64,000 nucleotides of DNA from Patescibacteria group bacterium (GTDB lineage: Bacteria; Patescibacteriota; Patescibacteriia; Patescibacteriales; JAQTRU01), in contig JBAZPX010000001.1 in assembly GCA_041645555.1 (NCBI GenBank), positions 127,479 to 191,478 of the forward strand, given 5' to 3'. The first letter of the stretch is position 1. Every line of letters starts with the position of its first letter. This document shows, piece after piece, positions 47,653-55,155 of this stretch. The position numbers and the translations under genes were made by a program. The notes under the pieces were generated by a model that was not told where the DNA came from, did not search any database, and saw only the letters and a program-made list of their open reading frames with translations.

Positions 47653-47769
47653 TTTGTCATTCCGACCCGTAGGGGAGGAATCCCTTAAGCATGGCGACAT
47701 TAATGTTCGTGCTATTTTAAAACTCGAAGGGATTTCTCACCCCGAAGCGTCGGGGTTCGAAATGACAAA
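47653..47769. mobile_element. MITE-like element with ~17-nt terminal inverted repeats (tttgtcattccgaccc ... gggttcgaaatgacaaa) and internal nested inverted repeats
   Basis: The TIRs match at 15 of 17 positions. Internal pair ggaatccctt/aagggatttc. Lies between the two paralogous permease genes. Preceded by a cgcataacg x2 direct repeat. Confidence 0.5.
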
Positions 47770-47778
47770 TAAAAAACA

Positions 47779-49068
47779 ATGAATATAAAGTCTACAATTA
47801 AGATTTCTTGGCAGGCGATGCACGCCAATAAAGTCAGGACCGGCCTGACGGTTTTAGGAATGGTTATCGGCATTGCCAGCGTCATTATTGTTTTTTCCGC
47901 CGGCGAGGGTATAAACAACCTGATTTTAGGCGAAGTGGAATCCTTCGGCGGTTCGGACATGGTAGAGACGGAAATAAAAGTCCCTAGCACGAAAAAGGGC
48001 ACGGCCGGCGAGGCCCAATCCGGAGCGAATTTAGCTACCGGCGTGCAGGTGACGACTTTGACCTTGAAGGATATGGAAGACATCGATAAATTGCCGAATA
48101 TAAAACAAAGTTATGCCGGTATAATGGGGCAGGAACAGGTAAGTTACGGCAATGAATTAAAAAAAGCTTTTTTGTTCGGGGTCAGCCCAAGTTTTATAGA
48201 TATGGATAAGAGCGAAATTGATACGGGGAGATTTTTTACCGAAGCTGAAGATAAATCTTTAACGCCGGTAGCGGTTCTGGGCTCTAAGATGAAAGAGAAA
48301 TTATTTGGCGACTCTGACCCCATCGGCCAGTTTGTTAAAATCCGCCAGAAAAAATTCAGGGTTATCGGAATTCTTAAAGAAAGGGGAGCGGTGATGACTT
48401 TAGATTTTGACGACTTTGTCTATGTGCCGGTAAGGACTTTGCAAAAAAGAGTTATGGGCATAGACCATGTCATTTTTTTAATGCACCAGGTTAATGATAC
48501 TAATTTACTTGATGAAACTACTGAAGAAATGCGCGCTATTTTAAGGGAAAACCACGATATTCCTCCGCCGGAAGAAGCGGTGACGACTATATTCGGTTCA
48601 GGCAAAGACGATTTCCGCGTGACCTCAATGGTGGAATCAATGGACGTTATGAAAACCGTTACCGGCGCCATTACTTTATTACTTTTGGCAATTGTGGCGA
48701 TTTCTTTGGTAGTCGGCGGAGTGGGGATTACCAATATTATGTATGTCATAGTGACCGAGCGGACAAAAGAAATTGGTTTACGCAAAGCGGTCGGCGCGAA
48801 GTACGCGGATATTATGTGGCAATTTTTAACCGAATCAATTTTAATTACCATTGCCGGCGGAGTGGTTGGAATAATTTTAGGCGTGGGCGTTTCCCTCCTG
48901 GTTTCTTTGGGCGCTAGTTATTACGGATGGAATTGGGGATTTAGCGTGCCGCTTAAGGCATTTATTGTTTCATTGGGATTTTCTTTATTCTTTGGCGTGG
49001 CCTTTGGTTTGTACCCGGCTCGCAAAGCGGCGAAATTAGAGCCGGTGGAAGCCTTGGGTCATGAGTAA
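47779..49068 (+). CDS. ABC transporter permease, FtsX/MacB family (paralog)
   Basis: Same architecture as the upstream permease (LVVGGVGITNIMYVIVTERTKEIGLRKAVGA). Confidence 0.85.
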   Translation: MNIKSTIKISWQAMHANKVRTGLTVLGMVIGIASVIIVFSAGEGINNLILGEVESFGGSDMVETEIKVPSTKKGTAGEAQSGANLATGVQVTTLTLKDMEDIDKLPNIKQSYAGIMGQEQVSYGNELKKAFLFGVSPSFIDMDKSEIDTGRFFTEAEDKSLTPVAVLGSKMKEKLFGDSDPIGQFVKIRQKKFRVIGILKERGAVMTLDFDDFVYVPVRTLQKRVMGIDHVIFLMHQVNDTNLLDETTEEMRAILRENHDIPPPEEAVTTIFGSGKDDFRVTSMVESMDVMKTVTGAITLLLLAIVAISLVVGGVGITNIMYVIVTERTKEIGLRKAVGAKYADIMWQFLTESILITIAGGVVGIILGVGVSLLVSLGASYYGWNWGFSVPLKAFIVSLGFSLFFGVAFGLYPARKAAKLEPVEALGHE

Positions 49069-49119
49069 ATAGTACGAAAACACAAAAACACAAAAAAGAT
49101 TAAATATTTTTTAAATTAA

Positions 49120-49355
49120 AACGCCACGGGTTCTTCGCCCGTGGCTTCTTCGTATCCCGCCGTTTCCAGAAATTTTTTTAGTTTTAAAAAGTTTTTATTA
49201 AGTAGCGGCTTCGCCTTTCTTTAAAAAATTTTTCGAAATTTCAATGCGCCGAAACGGCGGGATATACCGATCCGCCCAGCTGCTTGCGAGCAGCTGGGGG
49301 CTTCCGGTATATAAAAAGACGGGCTCGGTGTAAAACACACACGAGCCCGTTTAAC
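49120..49355. other. GC-rich multi-hairpin non-coding region (candidate structured RNA)
   Basis: gccacggg-ttcttcg-cccgtggc. A 13-nt long-range pair atcccgccgtttc / gaaacggcgggat separated by ~80 nt. cccagctgc-ttgcga-gcagctggg nested inside tataccg / cggtata. Terminal acgggctcg-...-cgagcccgt followed by ttt. Confidence 0.4.
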
Positions 49356-49409
49356 ATAAAGATAAGGGATAAAGCTTACGTCTCTCGGTAACTTATTCGC
49401 TCCCAGCGC

Positions 49410-49928
49410 TTATGCGGTGCATTGGAAAATAATTGCCAATACTTCCTCTGGCAAAAACTCGTCAAATTTTTCTTCGAGCCTTTCCAAGTTCACCGGGCGG
49501 ATGAGGAGATATGGCCAACAGAGTTGGTCAACGCTGAGTGCCGTGTGCCAGCTGGAAAAATCGACGTTCGAAAAGATTATTGTCCTTTTTTCGGTCCCGA
49601 CGGTTATTGTCCGGTTGAGTTCATTGAAGCTCACCCGTCCGTTAGTGGACCGTTCGATCAATTCCATTTGGTCTTGGCAGCCGGTAAACGTTCGGGGCAG
49701 AACCAGAACAGGGGACAGGCAGTCCGCTGGCGTAGGTGGAAGAAACTCCGGATAAGATCCCCTGTTGACAAAACTCCACAAGAGATCGAGATATCTTTGT
49801 TTTTCTACTCGGGTCCCAGGATTCTGGAACAATCCAGCCCGAAAACATTTTTCCATCTGGCTTGTTATAAAACCACGCATTTCTACGAACTTGGTTCCTC
49901 CCCCGCGTTGCGCAAGTGTAGGCATCAT
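49410..49928 (-). CDS. hypothetical ORF in a high-GC patch (coding status uncertain)
   Basis: Weak RBS (aaaggcgggaaaaATG). Overlapping + strand ORFs of similar length exist, so this could be non-coding. GC about 50%. Confidence 0.25.
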   Translation of the reverse strand: MMPTLAQRGGGTKFVEMRGFITSQMEKCFRAGLFQNPGTRVEKQRYLDLLWSFVNRGSYPEFLPPTPADCLSPVLVLPRTFTGCQDQMELIERSTNGRVSFNELNRTITVGTEKRTIIFSNVDFSSWHTALSVDQLCWPYLLIRPVNLERLEEKFDEFLPEEVLAIIFQCTA

Positions 49929-50078
49929 TTTTCCCGCCTTTCTTTGTTGGAGTGTCAGTTTCTAGAAATCATTTGATTCTTTTATAATCTATTTTTGTAA
50001 GAGCAATTTTATTTTTTAATAAAGATTAAATCAGGTTAACATATTTTATATTTTTTGTCAATTTTTTAAATAAAAAAG

Positions 50079-50112
50079 GCAAATCATTAATGCGATTTGC
50101 CTTCCTTTTTTT
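50079..50112. terminator. bidirectional rho-independent terminator
   Basis: A6-ggcaaatc-attaatgc-gatttgcc-ttccT7. Confidence 0.7.
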
Positions 50113-50116
50113 CTTC

Positions 50117-50407
50117 TTATTTCGGTATGCGGAACAGAAATCCATCGGCACTTGGTTCTTCTCCCGTAAATATCTTTACCGGCAGGCTAAGAATATCTTT
50201 GCCAAGAGTTCCGTTTTTGCATTCGTGCAATTTTACTTCTCCATCCGAAATGGCCGGATTAGCGATTGCCAAAATTTTCACGAGATGAAATTCTCCCGGA
50301 TTAGCGCCATCTCCGCCCTCGCCCGTAAATACATGGATTGTCCGGCTTGGCTCAATCATCCCGACCGTTATTTCACGGTACCCAGCCAAAAATTTCTCCC
50401 TTGTCAT
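50117..50407 (-). CDS. small conserved-looking hypothetical protein (96 aa)
   Basis: Strong RBS AGGAGGaaacgATG, terminator directly downstream on the minus strand. Sequence MTREKFLAGYREITVGMIEPSRTIHVFTGEGGDGANPGEFHLVKILAI... looks globular. Confidence 0.5.
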   Translation of the reverse strand: MTREKFLAGYREITVGMIEPSRTIHVFTGEGGDGANPGEFHLVKILAIANPAISDGEVKLHECKNGTLGKDILSLPVKIFTGEEPSADGFLFRIPK

Positions 50408-50473
50408 CGTTTCCTCCTTTTTGTAGTTTGGGGAACAGGCTTGTTTTTAACAGTTTACTAAAATATTTTTTTC

Positions 50474-50502
50474 TTGTCAAATAAAGCTAAAGTTGCTATA
50501 AT
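50474..50502 (+). promoter_or_regulatory. sigma70-type promoter TTGTCA-17-TATAAT
   Basis: ttgtca at 50474-50479, 17-nt spacer, tataat at 50497-50502. Upstream of the large membrane-anchored protein gene. Confidence 0.65.
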
Positions 50503-50524
50503 TTATGTATATTTTTGACTGCGA

Positions 50525-52612
50525 ATGCTACCTGTCTCGCCGGCAGGCGGGCAAATTTGGCGTTCGAATTATAAAGTCTTTATGTTTAAACTCTCAAAAT
50601 CAAACAATATAAACTTGGTTGGAATTTACGAAAAAGCCGAGGATTTAATTGCCTCGGTGCCGTTTATTAAAAAACGGAGAAGAAGGAGAAAATTTTTAGA
50701 AATTTTAAAATATTTCTTTTTTTGTTTTATTGGGTTGCTGATTTTCTCTATTATTTTGGGCGCGGGTGTTTTTTTTAATTTCCGGCAGGTTTACAGAAGC
50801 GCGTCTATCGCCCGGGATAATTTAACACAGGCCATTAGTTTAGCCGGGGAAAGGGAATTTGCCGCGGCTCTGGCCGCTTCAAAAAAAGCAGAAGAGGAAT
50901 TTAATTTGGCTTCTCTCCATCTAAAGTCAGTTAATAGCAATTTTTTTGTTTCTCGCCTTCCGTTTCTGCAAAGCCAGATTAATGATTTAAACTATCTGGT
51001 AGAAGGCGGGGAAATTTTGTCTAAATCGGTTTATCAGGCCGCCGCTCTCGGGCAGGAGTTAGATATTTTATTCCTTAAGCGATTCGGTTCAAGTTTCTCT
51101 AAATTCAGCCAGGAAGAAAAAGGAGAGATATTAAAATTAATTTATGAATCAGGCCCGGAACTGGCCGGCCTAAAAGCTAATCTAGATTTGGCCCTTATTA
51201 GTTTAGACCAGATTCGTTTTAAGGGAATATTTGGGCTCCTGGAAAATAAAATAAATAAAATAAAGTTAGAGCTTAAAAACGGCAGCGCTTTGCTGGAAAG
51301 AGCGGTAACGATGACGGAAATTTTACCTTTTTGGGCGGGCTACCCAAACAAAACCAGTTTTCTGGTGCTTTTACAGAATAATGACGAATTAAGGCCGACC
51401 GGCGGATTTTTAGGCACCTACGGTATTCTAGAGATAAAAGATGGGGAAATCGTCCGTTTTGATACCCATGATATCTATCACATGGATATGCCGGTTAAGG
51501 ATAAGATTAATATCGTCCCGCCTGAGCCTTTAAAGAAATATTTAGAAGTGGATAAATGGTTTATGCGGGACGCTAACTGGTCGCCGGACTGGCCGACCGC
51601 CGCTTCTCAAATTGAAGAGTTTTATAAAAAAGAAGATTCGCTGCTGCCGCCGGCAAACCAGATTAATAATTTTTTCGGAGAGTTTTCCGGGATAATCGCC
51701 ATAACGCCGAAATTCGTTACCGACCTTTTAGCTATAACCGGGCCGGTTTTTGTTGGAGGAGAAGAATATAACAAAGATAATTTTCAGGGCTTATTACAGT
51801 ATAAGGTGGAGGCCGGTTATGTCCAATTAGGCATTCCTTCCTGGCAAAGGAAAGAAGTAATCGGAGAATTGGTAAAAGAGCTAAAGATAAAATTATTTGA
51901 TTTGTCTTTTTCTTCGTGGCGCCAGGTTTTAACCGGTTTTGAAGAAAATATTTTAAAAAAAGATATTTTAATATATTTAAAAGATGAGCCGGCGCAAAAG
52001 TTAGTAAAAGATTCTGGCGGAGCCGGAGAGATAAAGGAGGCAAGCGGCGATTATTTAATGGTCGTGGATGCCAATTTAGCCGCTTTAAAAACCGACGCTG
52101 TGATGAGCAGAAACATCAGTTATGAACTTGAGCAAAAGGATGATGGCTTATTTGTTAAGTTAAAAATTAATTACGCCCATAATGGCGGATTTGACTGGCG
52201 GACAACCAGGTATAGAACCTATACGCGGATTTATGTTCCGGAAGGGGCTAAACTAATTAAAGTTAAGGTGGACGGCAAAGATAAAAATATAAGCGAAGTT
52301 GATATTGCCAAGGAGTTTAATAAAACTGTTTTTGGCGTTTTTGTTTCCATTGAGCCGGGCGAGATTGGCAGTTTATATTTTGAGTATAAATTGCCGGTTG
52401 ATTTAGAAAAATTGGTTAAAAACGGAAATTACAGCTTATTTGTCCAGAAACAACCCGGCAACAACGTGGAAAATTTAGCAGTTGACTTAAAGCTTAAAAA
52501 TAAGGTAAAATCATATAATCCGACTGGCTTTTCTGCGGCCAGGATCGGGAGCAATGAGATAAGGTGGAAAAGCGACCTTAATACTGACAAGATATTTGAA
52601 ATAAATTTTTAA
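50525..52612 (+). CDS. large N-terminally membrane-anchored extracytoplasmic protein, hypothetical
   Basis: Single TM helix (FFFCFIGLLIFSIILGAGVFF) after an Arg-rich stretch, then ~600 aa with no recognised catalytic motif. An alternative ATG lies at 50582. Confidence 0.5.
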   Translation: MLPVSPAGGQIWRSNYKVFMFKLSKSNNINLVGIYEKAEDLIASVPFIKKRRRRRKFLEILKYFFFCFIGLLIFSIILGAGVFFNFRQVYRSASIARDNLTQAISLAGEREFAAALAASKKAEEEFNLASLHLKSVNSNFFVSRLPFLQSQINDLNYLVEGGEILSKSVYQAAALGQELDILFLKRFGSSFSKFSQEEKGEILKLIYESGPELAGLKANLDLALISLDQIRFKGIFGLLENKINKIKLELKNGSALLERAVTMTEILPFWAGYPNKTSFLVLLQNNDELRPTGGFLGTYGILEIKDGEIVRFDTHDIYHMDMPVKDKINIVPPEPLKKYLEVDKWFMRDANWSPDWPTAASQIEEFYKKEDSLLPPANQINNFFGEFSGIIAITPKFVTDLLAITGPVFVGGEEYNKDNFQGLLQYKVEAGYVQLGIPSWQRKEVIGELVKELKIKLFDLSFSSWRQVLTGFEENILKKDILIYLKDEPAQKLVKDSGGAGEIKEASGDYLMVVDANLAALKTDAVMSRNISYELEQKDDGLFVKLKINYAHNGGFDWRTTRYRTYTRIYVPEGAKLIKVKVDGKDKNISEVDIAKEFNKTVFGVFVSIEPGEIGSLYFEYKLPVDLEKLVKNGNYSLFVQKQPGNNVENLAVDLKLKNKVKSYNPTGFSAARIGSNEIRWKSDLNTDKIFEINF

Positions 52613-52614
52613 TT

Positions 52615-53622
52615 ATGTTTATAAAACGAATAGGCATTGACCTGGGAACAACTTATACTTTGGTTTATCTGCCTAAGCGCGGTATTGTTATTAATGAACC
52701 TTCGGTGGTGGCAATCTCCATGGAAGACAGAAAAATTTTAGCCGTGGGCAATGAAGCCAAAGATATGCTTGGCCGCACTCCCGATACCATTATTGCCTTA
52801 AAGCCGCTAAAGGACGGGGTAATTGCCGATTATCGCACGACCGAGGCCATGCTTAGGTATTTTATAAATAAGACTTTGGGCGGGATTCATCTTTTTCGGC
52901 CCGAGGTTATGGTGGCGGTGCCGGCCGGAATTTCTTCAACCGAAAGGCGGGCTGTCACCGAAGCGACAATCGCGGCCGGAGCTAAAGCCGCTTATATAAT
53001 AAAAGAGCCGATTGCGGCGGCGATCGGGGCTGATATCCCGATTGGTTCGGCTTCCGGGCATATGATTGTGGATATTGGCGGCGGGACAGCGGAAATGGCC
53101 GTTATCTCTTTGGGCGGGATTGTGGCTTCAACTTCGGTCCGGGTCGGGGGCAATAAATTTGATGAAGCTATCTTGGAATATATCCGGCGGAAATATAATT
53201 TAGCCATTGGCGAAAGAACTTCTGAGGAGGTAAAAATAAATATTGGCTCCGCTCTATTTCTTGAGGATAAATTAACAATGGAAATACGCGGCCGGGATAT
53301 TATTACCGGCCTGCCGCGCGCCATTAATGTTACCAGTGACGATGTCACTGAAGCCATTCAGAATGAATTAGAAGCTATTATTTCTGCGGCCAAAAGAGTT
53401 TTGCATAATACTCCGCCGGAATTGGCAGCTGATATTATGGATAAGGGCATGGTAATGGCTGGAGGCAGTTCACTCCTGCGAAATATTGACCAACTGCTGT
53501 CCCGCACTACCGGTGTCCCGGTTTACGTGGCGGACGAACCGCTTCTCTGCGTCGCTAAAGGGACGGGGATAGCGCTGGATAACTTAGATAGCTATAAACG
53601 CAGTATTCTCGCAACGAAGTAA
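52615..53622 (+). CDS. MreB/Mbl-like actin homolog (second paralog)
   Basis: IGIDLGTTYTLVY, MIVDIGGGTAEMAVISL, MVMAGGSSLLRNI. Confidence 0.85.
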   Translation: MFIKRIGIDLGTTYTLVYLPKRGIVINEPSVVAISMEDRKILAVGNEAKDMLGRTPDTIIALKPLKDGVIADYRTTEAMLRYFINKTLGGIHLFRPEVMVAVPAGISSTERRAVTEATIAAGAKAAYIIKEPIAAAIGADIPIGSASGHMIVDIGGGTAEMAVISLGGIVASTSVRVGGNKFDEAILEYIRRKYNLAIGERTSEEVKINIGSALFLEDKLTMEIRGRDIITGLPRAINVTSDDVTEAIQNELEAIISAAKRVLHNTPPELAADIMDKGMVMAGGSSLLRNIDQLLSRTTGVPVYVADEPLLCVAKGTGIALDNLDSYKRSILATK

Positions 53623-53649
53623 TATCCCCGTTTTGGATAAACTTCTAAT

Positions 53650-53752
53650 ATTTACATTTTAAGTCGGTTTAATTTTCAATTTTAAATTTTCAATGAATTT
53701 TTAATTTCTTAAATTTGAAATTGTTTAAAAATTACAAAATTAAAAATTTTAA
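53650..53752. repeat. AT-rich palindromic intergenic element (aattttcaattttaaattttcaa subfamily)
   Basis: ttaattttcaattttaaattttcaatgaattttt ... ttgaaattgtttaaaaattacaaaattaaaaatttt. Confidence 0.65.
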
Positions 53753-53755
53753 GTT

Positions 53756-55036
53756 ATGCTCATAGGCATTGACGCTTCCAGGGCTAACCGAGACCATAAA
53801 AGCGGTACGGAATGGTATTCGTATTATTTAATTAGGTGGCTGGCGAAATTGGATAAAGAAAACCAATATATTCTTTATACGGATAGACCGCTTAAAAATG
53901 GGTTATTGGATTTAACCACTGATCAATATCTTCCCAATCCGGGGCAGGTAGGAGTTAAACCCGATAAAGCCGGCTATCAGGCGATAAAGAGCCCTTATAA
54001 TAATTTTCAGGCCAAAGTTCTTAATTGGCCTTTTAATTTTTTTTGGACCCTGGGAAGATTATCCTGGGAAATGTTAATTCATAGGCCGGAGGCTCTATTT
54101 GTACCGGCCCACAGCTTGCCTTTAGTTTTTCCCCAAAAAACAATAACTACCATTCACGATATTGCCTTCGAAAAGAATAGTTTCCTGTACCAGCCAGATA
54201 ATATTGGGCCAGAGGGAAAATTTTTAAGAAATACTCTTTGTTTTTTTGTTAGAATTTTTACGGGAGGAAAATATAGAGCTAACTCCACGGATTACTTAAA
54301 ATGGTCTACGAAATTTGCTTTAAAGCACGCTCGAAAGATAATCACCGTATCTAATTTTTCCAAGGATGAGATATTAAAAATATATAAGACCAAAAGAGAA
54401 AAAATAAAAGTAATTTATAACGGCTACAATAGATCGCTCTACCGAAAGATTGACAGTCAGGAAAGAATAAAAGAAATTTTAGATAAATACGGGATTGAAA
54501 GCCCTTTTATATTATATGTCGGCCGTTTGGAAAAAAAGAAAAATACGCCGGCTTTGCTTGAAGCTTTTTGCCAGATGCGCGAAAATAATAAAAATATAAA
54601 ACATAAGTTAGTTTTAATCGGGGATGCCAGCTTTGGTTATGATGAAGTGAAATATGTTATAAGGGAATTTGACTTGGAGCCAGAAGTAATTATGACGGGC
54701 TGGGTGGAGGAAGAAGATTTGCCTTATATTTATAATGCCGCTACGGCCTTTATTTTTCCCACAAAGTATGAAGGTTTCGGCATCCCTTTGCTTCAGGCGA
54801 TGTCTTGCGAGGTGCCGATAGCCGCTTCCTCCCTGTCGGTTTTAAAAGAGGTCGGAGGAGAGGCGGTTTTATTTTTTGATCCAGACGACACCAGCTCGAT
54901 AGAAGCGGCCTTAAAAAATATAATAAAAGATGATAAGTTAAGGGAAAGCTTAATAGAGAAGGGCAGGGAAAGGGTGAAAAATTTTAGTTGGGAGAAATGT
55001 GCGCAGGAAACTTTAGAAGAAATAAATAATTTATGA
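53756..55036 (+). CDS. glycosyltransferase family 4
   Basis: C-terminal EGFGIPLLQAMSCEVPIAASSLSVLKEVGGEAVLFFDPDD (E-x7-E region) and the GT-B pattern. Confidence 0.85.
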   Translation: MLIGIDASRANRDHKSGTEWYSYYLIRWLAKLDKENQYILYTDRPLKNGLLDLTTDQYLPNPGQVGVKPDKAGYQAIKSPYNNFQAKVLNWPFNFFWTLGRLSWEMLIHRPEALFVPAHSLPLVFPQKTITTIHDIAFEKNSFLYQPDNIGPEGKFLRNTLCFFVRIFTGGKYRANSTDYLKWSTKFALKHARKIITVSNFSKDEILKIYKTKREKIKVIYNGYNRSLYRKIDSQERIKEILDKYGIESPFILYVGRLEKKKNTPALLEAFCQMRENNKNIKHKLVLIGDASFGYDEVKYVIREFDLEPEVIMTGWVEEEDLPYIYNAATAFIFPTKYEGFGIPLLQAMSCEVPIAASSLSVLKEVGGEAVLFFDPDDTSSIEAALKNIIKDDKLRESLIEKGRERVKNFSWEKCAQETLEEINNL

Positions 55037-55155
55037 TTTAATTTTACTCCAATACCGCCTTTGTGCTATAATAAAGATGTTATTTACCCCGTTAGATATC
55101 ATCTTTTTATTTATATTGGGTAAATTTTACATTGGTGTTTTTTTATCTTATTTTT

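Noticed and set aside
47745-47765. GGGGTTCGAAATGAC resembling a tRNA T-arm
   Set aside because: No cloverleaf can be built around it. It is the right terminal inverted repeat of the MITE-like element.
49417-49976. Plus-strand ORFs (112 and 184 aa) overlapping the minus-strand ORF 49410-49928
   Set aside because: Three mutually overlapping long ORFs in a 50% GC patch cannot all be genes. None has a convincing RBS or homology. The strand/frame could not be resolved, so only one low-confidence call was kept.
50090-50461. Plus-strand 123-aa ORF overlapping the minus-strand 96-aa gene
   Set aside because: The plus-strand product is Phe/Leu-rich with no RBS. The minus-strand gene has AGGAGG plus a terminator and a globular-looking product.
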